Source of the DNA: an uncultured cyanobacterium
GTDB lineage: Bacteria > Cyanobacteriota > Cyanobacteriia > Pseudanabaenales > Pseudanabaenaceae
Direction: 5' to 3'
Assembly (NCBI GenBank): GCA_963703315.1
Contig: OY969811.1
Coordinates: 1,056,001 to 1,120,000, forward strand
Length of the DNA stretch: 64,000 bases
Below the pieces are notes generated by a model, which saw only the letters and a program-made list of their open reading frames with translations, searched no databases and was not told the origin of the DNA. The translations under genes and the position numbers were made by a program. This document shows positions 27,401 through 36,588 of this stretch, piece by piece (positions within the stretch are counted from its first letter, which is position 1; each line of letters opens with the position of its first letter).

Positions 27401-28528
27401 TTATTTTTGGTTGCCAAATATGCCGCCTAAAATATCACCGATACCACCTTTAGCAGCATTACCAAATTGCTTTTCCTTCAATTTTTCAAGGACTTCGCGC
27501 TCTTCATTACCAATCTTGGTAGGAATATCAATCTTAACTCTGATTAAATGATCGCCGCGAGCCACAGGATTGCCCAGTTTCGGCACACCCAATGATTCTA
27601 AAGTCAACACCGTATCAGGTTGTGTACCTGCGGGAATCGTGAGAGGCTTTTTACCATCAACGGTATTAATAGCGATCTTGTCACCGAGAATTGCTTGGAG
27701 ATAGCTAATTTTAATCTCCGATAAGATGTTGATGCCTTCGCGCTCAAACTCATTGTCAGCTTGGACAAAGAGATAGACATAGAGATCACCTGATGGACCA
27801 CCACGCTGTCCTGCGTCACCCTCGTTAGAGACACGCAATCTTGTACCGCTATCGACACCTGCGGGAATGGTGATCTTGAGCTTTTTGGTAACTTGATTTA
27901 GCCCTAAACCGTTACAGCTTTCGCACTTGTCCTCAATGGTTTGACCAGTACCGTTACAGGTGGGACAGGTGGAAACTTGAGTAAAACTACCAAAGGGTGT
28001 ACGAGTCGCTCGACGCACCTGACCAGTACCACTGCAAGTACCGCAAGTACGCGGTCTAGTGCCAGCTTTTGCCCCTGAGCCGCTACAAGTGCCACAGGTT
28101 TCTAAATGGGAAATTTTGATCTGCTTTTCGCCGCCAAAAACGGCTTCGCGAAATTCTAGTTTGAGATCGAAACGTAAATCTTCGCCGCGTGTGGGACCAC
28201 TACGACGACGTGCTTGCTGTTGCCCCGTGTTAGAAAAGCCACTAAAGAAGCTTTCAAAGATATCGGCAAATCCGCCCATATCACCCATATCAGGTGCGCC
28301 ACCGCCACCCGATACACCAGCTTCACCAAAGCGATCGTAACGCGCACGAGATTCTGGTTCTGAGAGAACTTCGTAAGCACGGTTAATTTCTTTAAAACGC
28401 TCATCTGCCCCCGCTTCTTTGTTGACATCGGGGTGATATTTTCGAGCTAAACGTCGATATGCTCGTTTGATTTCCTCTTTGTCAGTATTGCGCTCAACTC
28501 CAAGGATTTCGTAATAATCACGCGCCAT
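27401..28528 (-). CDS. dnaJ: Chaperone DnaJ
   Basis: J domain HPD, G/F region, four CxxCxGxG repeats. Confidence 0.97.
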   Translation of the reverse strand: MARDYYEILGVERNTDKEEIKRAYRRLARKYHPDVNKEAGADERFKEINRAYEVLSEPESRARYDRFGEAGVSGGGGAPDMGDMGGFADIFESFFSGFSNTGQQQARRRSGPTRGEDLRFDLKLEFREAVFGGEKQIKISHLETCGTCSGSGAKAGTRPRTCGTCSGTGQVRRATRTPFGSFTQVSTCPTCNGTGQTIEDKCESCNGLGLNQVTKKLKITIPAGVDSGTRLRVSNEGDAGQRGGPSGDLYVYLFVQADNEFEREGINILSEIKISYLQAILGDKIAINTVDGKKPLTIPAGTQPDTVLTLESLGVPKLGNPVARGDHLIRVKIDIPTKIGNEEREVLEKLKEKQFGNAAKGGIGDILGGIFGNQK

Positions 28529-28696
28529 AGGGGGTTTCTCTGTCGCCTAAAGGATTCATAGACAATTATTCTAGTTTAACTAACGTAGCACTTAATCGTT
28601 AGTTCGGGTATATAAAAAGGAGTACGTTTTACCGCACATATCTCAATTTAAAGCGCAATTCAAAGCTCGGCTTTGCCGAGCCTTGAACTCAAAAAA

Positions 28697-28993
28697 CTAC
28701 GGCTTCGTCTTTACACTGATATTTCCATTTACCAGAGTTTGACAGGCTAGACGGTAATTATCAGGTTTGTTCTTGAGTTTTTTTAGCTCAAATTCTGTTT
28801 TTGGTGAAAGATTGTCTAAACCTTCGACAATTTCTACGACACAGGTAGCACATTGTCCATAACCATTACAGTTAGTGAGTTTCGCAACAAATTTATAGAT
28901 GTCGATGTTGTTTTCGAGAGCTTTGATGCGGAGGTTAGCGCCATCCATCGCGATCGCTTCCTTACCTTCATTCACAAACATAATGTTTGCCAT
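28697..28993 (-). CDS. 2Fe-2S ferredoxin-like protein
   Basis: [10 protein letters not shown]...RLAC. Confidence 0.9.
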   Translation of the reverse strand: MANIMFVNEGKEAIAMDGANLRIKALENNIDIYKFVAKLTNCNGYGQCATCVVEIVEGLDNLSPKTEFELKKLKNKPDNYRLACQTLVNGNISVKTKP

Positions 28994-29179
28994 AGCTACG
29001 TATTAATTCTTTGTTAATTTTTATTACTCAGTCAGTATCTTATGAAATGGGTTGCGATCGCAATAAACCCAAGAGAGAGGCACGGCGCTTTGCACCGCAC
29101 CCCTATGTTTATTAATTTGGCGATTACTGTATAGCGTTATGGGAGCATGAGATATGCTCATCTATTAAAATAATTATTT

Positions 29180-30250
29180 ATGGCTATAATTCCTTCACCT
29201 TCAGACATTAAATCTCTTGCTGATGATTTGCATAAGCTGGTTGATAATCTTGAATCGACCGAGCATGGAGAGTTTATTTATAGTGCTTTAAAAGCGATCG
29301 CCCAACTTAGTCAGACCAAGGCTGAGCGTCTTGACTGGAAAATTCTATCGGGTTCTTTGCAGGATATGCAAAAAGCGATCGCCATGTTCTATCCCTATCG
29401 CTTTAATCGCAAGGTGAGTATTTTTGGATCAGCCCGTACCCATGCGGATGCGCCCGAATATCGTCAAGCCTTTGAATTTGCAGAGCAAATTACCAAGCGG
29501 GGGTTTATGGTGATTACTGGCGCTGGTGGGGGCATCATGGCGGCAGGCAACGAGGGGGCAGAAAAAAATTCCTTTGGTTTAAATATCAGTTTGCCGTTTG
29601 AACAAGCTAGTAATGGCTTTGTGCCTGAAGATTCACGCTTAGTCAAGTTTCGCTATTTCTTTACGCGCAAATTGTATTTTGTGAAAGAAAGTGATGCGAT
29701 CGCTTTATTTCCAGGGGGATTTGGTACACAGGATGAATTTTTTGAATGTTTAACTCTCTGTCAAACAGGAAGAACAACGCCGCGCCCAATGGTGTTAATG
29801 GATAAAAAGGGTGGTGATTATTGGAAGCAATGGGATACTTTTGTCCAGCAGCAATTGATTGAGAGGGGACTAATTGTCAAAGAGGATCGCAGTCTTTACA
29901 AAATTACTGACGATATTGATGAAGCTTGTCAATATATTTCTTCGTTTTATAGTGTTTACCATTCTTGTCGATGGGTTGGCGACTTGTTTGTAATTCGCTT
30001 AAACTTTGCTATTACCGATGAGCATCTTGATCGCCTCAATGATAACTTCAGTGATATTTTGGTCAAGGGTAAGATTGAGCTTAGTCAGGCTTTACCCAAG
30101 GAATCCAATGAGCCACATATTATTAATTTACCGCGTTTAAGAATGCACTTTAATCAGCATGGTTTTGGGCGTTTGCAAGAGTTGATTTCGGCAATTAATG
30201 ACACTTGTGATAGCGGTAATCCTCTAATTTGTCATCCTGAACAACGCTAA
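29180..30250 (+). CDS. LOG family (Rossmann-fold nucleotide-binding) protein
   Basis: IFGSAR, TGAGGGIM, FRYFFTRK, PGGFGTQDE. Confidence 0.88.
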   Translation: MAIIPSPSDIKSLADDLHKLVDNLESTEHGEFIYSALKAIAQLSQTKAERLDWKILSGSLQDMQKAIAMFYPYRFNRKVSIFGSARTHADAPEYRQAFEFAEQITKRGFMVITGAGGGIMAAGNEGAEKNSFGLNISLPFEQASNGFVPEDSRLVKFRYFFTRKLYFVKESDAIALFPGGFGTQDEFFECLTLCQTGRTTPRPMVLMDKKGGDYWKQWDTFVQQQLIERGLIVKEDRSLYKITDDIDEACQYISSFYSVYHSCRWVGDLFVIRLNFAITDEHLDRLNDNFSDILVKGKIELSQALPKESNEPHIINLPRLRMHFNQHGFGRLQELISAINDTCDSGNPLICHPEQR

Positions 30251-30339
30251 AACCAGAAAGAGAGTTGCGGCGCGGAGCGCCGCAACTCTCTTTCTGGTTT
30301 TATGTTCTAAGCAAACTAAGCAAAACTTTTTTTGCTATA
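30249..30339. repeat. Partial family-A MITE / hairpin
   Basis: aaaaccagaaagagagttgcggcgc-gga-gcgccgcaactctctttctggtttt; same core as 21688 and 62775. Confidence 0.7.
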
Positions 30340-30343
30340 TTTT

Positions 30344-31288
30344 TTATTCCACACGATAACCAAGATCTGATAATTGGAACCTTGACGATCGCCATTTGGG
30401 TTGGACTTTAACAAACATTTCCAAATGGACAGAACCCATAATCATCTTCTGCATTTGTAGTCTTGCCTGAGTGCCAATCTCCTTGAGCATTTGCCCTTTC
30501 TTTCCAATCAAAATCCCCTTTTGGGAATCTCGTTCCACATGAATTGTTGCCATTACCCTTGTGATTTTAGGCTGTTCGTCTACTTGATCAATACTGATTG
30601 CTACAGAATGCGGAATTTCTTCACGGGTAAGTAAGAGAATCTGTTCACGAATTAGCTCGCCCATGATGAATCGCTCAGGTTGATCGGTAACTAGATCGGG
30701 CGGATAGTAATATGGACCAGGGGGTAAGCGATCGCACATCATTGTCTGCAAAGCCTCTAATCCTTCACCTGTGACCGATGAAAACTTGGCAACCTGCCAA
30801 CCATGTTCTTCGGCAAAACTTTCATAACCAGTAAAGGTATCGCCCGAATCATCACTAAGGATATCGATTTTATTAATGCCTAAAATTGTCGGAACTTTGC
30901 TTTGCAAAATTGTTTCGGCAACAAAGCGATCGCCTGTTCCCATGCGATCGCTGCCATCAACCAGCAAAACGGTCAAATCAACCGAAGAAATCGCACCGAT
31001 CGCATTTTTGACAATCGTTTGACCAAGTAAATGATGCGGCTTGTGAATTCCTGGGGTGTCTACAAGAACGATTTGGGCTTCTGGCAATGTCAAGATCCCC
31101 CGTAAACGATTGCGCGTAGTTTGGGCAACGGGCGAAGTAATCGCAATTTTCTGACCAATAAGAGCATTGAGCAATGTTGACTTCCCTACATTGGGTCGTC
31201 CAACTAATGCCACAAAGCCCGATTTAAAACCTTCACCCGATTCTGGAATCATGATTATTTGCGATCGCTGTATTGAGATAGGAAACAA
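30344..31288 (-). CDS. era: GTPase Era
   Basis: [23 protein letters not shown] domain ILIGKKG. Confidence 0.97.
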   Translation of the reverse strand: MFPISIQRSQIIMIPESGEGFKSGFVALVGRPNVGKSTLLNALIGQKIAITSPVAQTTRNRLRGILTLPEAQIVLVDTPGIHKPHHLLGQTIVKNAIGAISSVDLTVLLVDGSDRMGTGDRFVAETILQSKVPTILGINKIDILSDDSGDTFTGYESFAEEHGWQVAKFSSVTGEGLEALQTMMCDRLPPGPYYYPPDLVTDQPERFIMGELIREQILLLTREEIPHSVAISIDQVDEQPKITRVMATIHVERDSQKGILIGKKGQMLKEIGTQARLQMQKMIMGSVHLEMFVKVQPKWRSSRFQLSDLGYRVE

Positions 31289-31328
31289 TTATACCCTGCT
31301 ATAAATGTGGACAATAGCAAAGGATTTT

Positions 31329-31400
31329 GGGCAACTGGCAAGCTCAAGCGTGACGTATGTGGGGCTTGTTTCTCGGCATAGGATGGTCATTGCCACACCC
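31329..31400. ncRNA. Candidate structured RNA between rimM and era
   Basis: GC-rich island with nested complementary segments (TGGCAA/TTGCCA, TGAC/GTCA, TATGT/GCATA); family not recognised. Confidence 0.3.
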
Positions 31401-31408
31401 ATCACTCT

Positions 31409-31966
31409 TTAACTGTCCAATGTCACCTCTAGCCATTTATCGATCAGTCCCTTGGGAGGGGTAACTTCAATTCTTTTTTGCTTGATATCCACAAAAGGAA
31501 CGATCGCTTCGACAAAGGGAATTAACTCGATTTCTTCATTTTGGGAATTGCGAACTTCTAGCAAGTCATTTCCTGCGGCGATGATGCTAATTACTTCACC
31601 CAAGAGATTGCCTGTCGGTTGATGATAGACATTACAACCTACTAAATCAGCAATCATGTACTCATTAGGTTCTAGATAAGGGCGATCGCTGGTTGGGATC
31701 ATCAGTACATAATTACGCAAGGATTCTGCGCGATCGCAATCATTAACACCTTCTAGGCGGACTACAAAGAGATTCTTTTTGCCTGCGACTTCACGTCCAG
31801 ATAACATCATTATTTCCTGCGGTTCCGCTTTTTCTGATGCCGCAATCCAACGCTTACCCGCATTCTCAAATCGCTCAGGGAAATCCGAATAGGATAAAAC
31901 TCTAACTTCACCTTTTAGTCCTTGCGGTGAAACAATTTTGCCAATTACTAACCAATCTTCTGTCAT
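31409..31966 (-). CDS. rimM: 16S rRNA processing protein RimM
   Basis: IGKIVSPQGLKGEVRV...EYMIADLVG...GNDLLEV...LIPFV. Confidence 0.95.
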   Translation of the reverse strand: MTEDWLVIGKIVSPQGLKGEVRVLSYSDFPERFENAGKRWIAASEKAEPQEIMMLSGREVAGKKNLFVVRLEGVNDCDRAESLRNYVLMIPTSDRPYLEPNEYMIADLVGCNVYHQPTGNLLGEVISIIAAGNDLLEVRNSQNEEIELIPFVEAIVPFVDIKQKRIEVTPPKGLIDKWLEVTLDS

Positions 31967-31978
31967 AAATTTTCCTTA

Positions 31979-32138
31979 TAGCTGTCGCCAGTCTTGTTAG
32001 GACACGAAACTCAAGAAGCTAGTGGCTGCGCGAAGCGCCGCCACTAGCTTCTTGGGTTTTGTGTAGCTGGGTAAAACCTGTGGCGCACGCTGTGCGTGCA
32101 CTACAGGTTTTACCCAGCTACTTAGTGGCAATGATAGC
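31979..32138. mobile_element. Composite MITE: family A left end plus a family B-like element
   Basis: TAGCTGTCGCCAGTCTTGTTAGGACA left end, then a hairpin, then gtagctgggtaaaacctgt...acaggttttacccagctactta. Confidence 0.65.
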
Positions 32139-32840
32139 TCATAACATTCTTTCTATTTGTGCTAATGCGTCTAGTGCGGCGGCACGTTCTGCTTCCTTTT
32201 TACTAGAAAAATTTCGCAGACTTTGACCATATAGGCGATCGCCAACATATACTTTAGACGCAAATTCGGGCGTGTGATCAGTTCCTCCCACTTTTTCGGT
32301 GACATATCTTGGCAAAATATGACCAATATAAGACTGCACCCATTCCTGCAAGCGATTTTTAGCATCAAGATCGGCGCGAGTATTCACTAACTCAGGCGGT
32401 ACTGAATCAAATAATGCCTCCACCGCAGGGCGCACTGCCTCCACATCACAATTACGATCTAGATATAAAGCACCAATCATTGCTTCAAATACACAACTCA
32501 ATAGGTTATCGCTTTTATTCCCACCATCACGTAAAGCCCCTTTACCTAACAATATTTGGTGATCTAGTTCTAAGGCGATCGCAAAATTTGCTAACTGTTT
32601 CTCATCAACCAAAGCAGCACGACGACGGGTAAGTTCATCTTCACCAAGATCTGTATGTTGACGATAGAGATAGGAACCACTTAAGAAATTTAAAATGGCA
32701 TCGCCCAAAAATTCCAAACGCTCATTATCTTCTCCTAAGTTAGGATTTTCATGGACGTAGGAGCGATGGGTTAGTGCCATTCGCAACAATTTTTCATTCT
32801 TAAAAATAAACAGATCTTTCATTTCTCCTAATATATACAA
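32139..32840 (-). CDS. rnc: Ribonuclease III
   Basis: ALTHRS, NERLEFLGDA signature, dsRBD DAKNRLQE...SKKEAERAAA; start may be MKDLF at 32822. Confidence 0.9.
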   Translation of the reverse strand: MYILGEMKDLFIFKNEKLLRMALTHRSYVHENPNLGEDNERLEFLGDAILNFLSGSYLYRQHTDLGEDELTRRRAALVDEKQLANFAIALELDHQILLGKGALRDGGNKSDNLLSCVFEAMIGALYLDRNCDVEAVRPAVEALFDSVPPELVNTRADLDAKNRLQEWVQSYIGHILPRYVTEKVGGTDHTPEFASKVYVGDRLYGQSLRNFSSKKEAERAAALDALAQIERML

Positions 32841-32927
32841 CCTATTGAGGCTTTAAGTAGTAAAGATAAATTTTGAAAGTGCCGCGAAGTGGCACTTTCA
32901 AAAGAATGTGAAACGCTATAAAACAAA

Positions 32928-33872
32928 TTAAGCTCGACAATTTCGATTAGAAATATTACCATCAGGCAAAATTGTTTGGCATATTTTGGCTTCATTAATC
33001 CAGCCCACATCCAACAATGCTTTTTTTAAATTAGCACTATCAAAATTTGCTCCCCGTAAATCTGCACCCGTCAAATCTGCACCCGTCAAATCTGCACCCG
33101 TCAAATCAATATTCCATAAATTTGCACCATTAAAGCAAGCTCCACATAGAATCGTACCTCTCAAAATTGCTTTACTTAAATTACTATTAATGAAATTAAC
33201 ATTGCTCAAATTGAGTCCACTTAAATTTGCCAACCGTAGATTAACTTCACTAAAATCCACACGATCTAAGTCAGCCTCCCGTAAATCTACTTCGCTAAGA
33301 TTTGCGCCTTTTAAATTGACTCCATGTAAACTAGACTCACAGAGATCAGCTTCGCTGAGGTCAGCATTTTGTAAGTTTGCTCGACTCAAATTTGCCCGAA
33401 ACAAAAAAGCATGATGTAAATTCGCATTACTTAAATCAGCATTAGAAAGATTTGCTTCGAGCAAATAAGATTTCTGGAGATTGGCATTTTGGAAATCCAT
33501 ACCATGCAAATTTGTACAATTGAGAATGGCAATCCGTAAGTTGGCACTGTTTAAGCTTACGTTAGTAAATTTTGCTCCGCTTAGCCCTGCATAGCTAAAG
33601 TTTGTGCGCGTAATGTTGGCATTGCTGAGATTTGCATCTATTAAACAGGCTCCACATAGATCAGCATCAGATAAATTCGCACCCGATAGATCAGTGTTAC
33701 AGAGATTTGCTTCCCATAGATTGGCAAAAGCTAGATTTGCGTTGCGTAAAATCATATTACTGAGATCAGCTTTACTTAAATCTACTCCCTTCAAATCTAG
33801 CCCCTCAAAGTTTCTTTCTCCTTGGGCATAACGTTCTATCAAATTGCGTGTCTTAGCAAGATGATTCAGCAT
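32928..33872 (-). CDS. Pentapeptide repeat protein
   Basis: RYAQGERNF followed by A(D/N)LxG/x repeats. Confidence 0.92.
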   Translation of the reverse strand: MLNHLAKTRNLIERYAQGERNFEGLDLKGVDLSKADLSNMILRNANLAFANLWEANLCNTDLSGANLSDADLCGACLIDANLSNANITRTNFSYAGLSGAKFTNVSLNSANLRIAILNCTNLHGMDFQNANLQKSYLLEANLSNADLSNANLHHAFLFRANLSRANLQNADLSEADLCESSLHGVNLKGANLSEVDLREADLDRVDFSEVNLRLANLSGLNLSNVNFINSNLSKAILRGTILCGACFNGANLWNIDLTGADLTGADLTGADLRGANFDSANLKKALLDVGWINEAKICQTILPDGNISNRNCRA

Positions 33873-33942
33873 AAAAACAATAGGTTTGTATCGAAAAGAA
33901 CGAATGCGTCTCTTTCTTTCATAGTGAGTTTTTTAGATTGTA

Positions 33943-34042
33943 TAGCTGTAGTCACTTGCATTAAAATCCCAAAAGTGAGTGGCGGCGCGAAGCGCCGCCA
34001 CTCACTCTTAGTTTTGTGTCCTAACAAGACTGACGACAGCCA
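33943..34042. mobile_element. IS630-derived MITE (family A)
   Basis: TA-TAGCTGTAGTCA ... GTCCTAACAAGACTGACGACAGCCA-TA; central gagtggcggcgc-gaa-gcgccgccactc. Confidence 0.8.
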
Positions 34043-34116
34043 TATCATCGAAAACTTGAAAACCACGATCAGATAAAATCTAACATTTTCATCGCTTCTA
34101 CCTAGATGATTGCATA

Positions 34117-35853
34117 TTACTTTGCTTTCACCTTTTGTTGTTGCTTTTCTTGACGTTTTTCAGCTTGTTTTGCTTTTTCTTTTTCTCTTTTTATGGCATC
34201 TTTGGCATCTTTGGCGGCTAATTCAGCTTTGTACTTGGCTTCCCTTGTTTCTTCTTCTCGCTTCTCTTGGTAGTAGGCATAGTCACCAGCATATACACAT
34301 AGATCGCCATCACGGATTTCGACAATTTTGTTGGCAACTTGAGAGATGAAATAGCGATCGTGGGAAATGACAGCTACTGTACCCTCATATTCGCGTAAAG
34401 CTGCCTCTAGCATTTCTTTAGCGGGAATATCGAGGTGGTTAGTCGGCTCATCAAGGATGAGGAAGTTAACAGGCGTAAGCAACATTTTGGCAAGGGCAAG
34501 TCTTGCTTTTTCGCCACCACTGAGATCCCGTACTAGTTTAAATACAGTGTCACCACTAAATAAAAATTTACCGAGAACACCACGTACTTCTTCGTGGGTC
34601 ATCTTCGGGAAATCATCGTGGATCGTATGAAATACGTCTTTGTGTAAATCAAGAGCTTCGGCTTGGTTTTGCTCAAAGTAACCCACTAGCACGTTATGAC
34701 CAAGGGTAATTTCGCCTTCGTTGTAGGGTTCTTTGCCAACCACCATTTTTAATAGTGTGGATTTGCCCGCGCCGTTTGGTCCTAAAAAAGCAACCCGATC
34801 GCCTCTTTCGATTTCTAGCTTTGCGCCTAAAAATAGGATTTGATCCCCATAAGCATGGGTAAGGTCTTTGATCTCGACAGTGACGCGCCCACTGCGAGAA
34901 GCAGGTGGGAAATGAAATTTTAAGGTTCTGACATCACTATCAGGGGCTTCGATGCGATCAATTTTGTCCAGTTGCTTTTCGCGGCTCTTGGCTTGGGTAC
35001 TGCGGGTAGCACTAGCTCGGAAGCGATCGACGAAGACCTGTTGCTTTTCAATATACTTCTGCTGACGTTCAAAGGCGGCTCCCTGTGCAGCTTTGGCTTC
35101 AGCCTTTTGAGCCAGATAGGAGGAATAGTTACCTAAGTAAGTGGTAGATACGCCGCGCTCAGTTTCTACAATCGAGGTACAGAGGCGATCTAGAAATTCG
35201 CGGTCATGGGAAACGATCACCATCGGCGTGCTAAGCGATCGCAGATATTTTTCTAACCATTCGATGGTTTCCAAATCTAAGTGGTTAGTCGGTTCGTCCA
35301 GTAGTAACAGGTCGGGCGATTGCAGTAAAATTTTGCCTAAGCCCATCCGCATCTGCCAACCGCCGCTATATTCGCTGACAAAGCGATCTCCATCATCAGC
35401 CTTAAATCCTAGTTCTGGCAATAGCTTATCGATGCGGCTTTCTAGTTCATAGCCATTGTGGTCTTCAAACTGGCGCTGGAGTCGATCCATTTTTTTGAGA
35501 ATTGGTTCATAGTCCTCGCCATCCTTTAAATTTTCTAGATGATGATGGACGATCGCTAATTCCTTTTGGATTTCACGGACTTCTTGAAATGCTTGCCACA
35601 TTTCTTGTTTGACAGTACGTGTCTCCTCGATGTCAAATTCTTGGCTCAGATAAGCGATTTTGAGACTGGTTGGACGAACCACCTGCCCAGAAGTTGGTTC
35701 GATTTCCCCTGCAATAATTTTTAGCTGTGTTGATTTCCCTGCGCCATTTACGCCGACTAAACCAATGCGATCGCCTGTTTTGACTTCCCAGTTAACGTCT
35801 TTTAGGACTTCGCCAGTAGGATAGATTTTCTGTACGTGTTCAAGACGAAGCAT
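34117..35853 (-). CDS. ABC-F family ATP-binding protein
   Basis: Two cassettes: GVNGAGKST/SGGWQMR/LDEPTNHLD and GPNGAGKST/LSGGEKAR; no TM segments. Confidence 0.93.
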   Translation of the reverse strand: MLRLEHVQKIYPTGEVLKDVNWEVKTGDRIGLVGVNGAGKSTQLKIIAGEIEPTSGQVVRPTSLKIAYLSQEFDIEETRTVKQEMWQAFQEVREIQKELAIVHHHLENLKDGEDYEPILKKMDRLQRQFEDHNGYELESRIDKLLPELGFKADDGDRFVSEYSGGWQMRMGLGKILLQSPDLLLLDEPTNHLDLETIEWLEKYLRSLSTPMVIVSHDREFLDRLCTSIVETERGVSTTYLGNYSSYLAQKAEAKAAQGAAFERQQKYIEKQQVFVDRFRASATRSTQAKSREKQLDKIDRIEAPDSDVRTLKFHFPPASRSGRVTVEIKDLTHAYGDQILFLGAKLEIERGDRVAFLGPNGAGKSTLLKMVVGKEPYNEGEITLGHNVLVGYFEQNQAEALDLHKDVFHTIHDDFPKMTHEEVRGVLGKFLFSGDTVFKLVRDLSGGEKARLALAKMLLTPVNFLILDEPTNHLDIPAKEMLEAALREYEGTVAVISHDRYFISQVANKIVEIRDGDLCVYAGDYAYYQEKREEETREAKYKAELAAKDAKDAIKREKEKAKQAEKRQEKQQQKVKAK

Positions 35854-36141
35854 AGATTTAGGGTAGCAACAAAACTTAACTTTTTATTAAGATTATCATT
35901 TTTTTGTAACAAATGCATCAGCCTACCCAAAACTCAGCAAGAAGAAACTAATCACAATCTGAGCAAGATTTCTAGTAATCTTTTCCATGTACTAATTTCA
36001 CCATACAATTTCTAGCAGCATTAAGTTGTAAGTTCTAGTCGATCTATATCCTTAAGGCGATCGCAATTATTGTGAGACGTGAAGTCTAGACGATCTCTTT
36101 TAATTCGTAGTTTTTGTACGGATATGGAGTCTAGTAGCAAT

Positions 36142-36372
36142 TTAACTCTTGGGTGGAAAGTAGCGATAAATTTCTTTGCGGTGCATTATCTCGACAAAAG
36201 GTAATGGTTCCATCTTGAAAGATCACACCAATTTAGTAATCTCCTACTTATAAGCATTTTCATAGCCCTGTAACTTTTTGAGATTTTTGATGTCTGTAAA
36301 CCCAGAAAATTTGGGAATATCTTCAAATACAAGTGTGTTGATGGGTTTGACGTAAGGCGTACTTCCAAGATC
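36142..36372 (-). pseudogene. RelE/ParE toxin remnant
   Basis: Across frames: STPYVKPINTLVFEDIPKFSGFTDIKNLKKLQGYENAY / VGDY*IGVIFQDGTITFCR / IMHRKEIYRYFPPKS*. Confidence 0.75.
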
Positions 36373-36426
36373 TTGGCGATCACCATTACTGTGAGTCGTG
36401 AGTTCTAGGCGATCGCATTAACAATT

Positions 36427-36575
36427 GGCTTAATAGGTGTTTCGGGGAGGTGCTTTAGCTTAAATGCTTGATGTGCAATAGTTTTAGCCTCGGAGGGTTC
36501 GATCTCTGAAACACCCGTCATTAAAAGCATTGAGCCGTTTATCTTGTCTGATCTCCCCGAAACAACTATTGAGCC
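36427..36575. mobile_element. 149-bp MITE-like element with 23-bp terminal IRs
   Basis: GGCTTAATAGGTGTTTCGGGGAG ... CTCCCCGAAACAACTATTGAGCC (2 mismatches). Confidence 0.65.
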
Positions 36576-36588
36576 TTAATATTTATCT

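Noticed and set aside
32139..32840. RNase III as inactive because it has LSCVFEA instead of a DxxEA motif
   Set aside because: The ERLEFLGD signature and the final catalytic Glu are intact; one substitution is not enough to call it dead.
32986..33831. Antisense ORFs over pentapeptide genes (also 59902-60243)
   Set aside because: Shadow frames produced by repetitive codon usage.
36186..36386. 66-aa ORF
   Set aside because: Alternative frame of a RelE pseudogene; no recognisable motifs.
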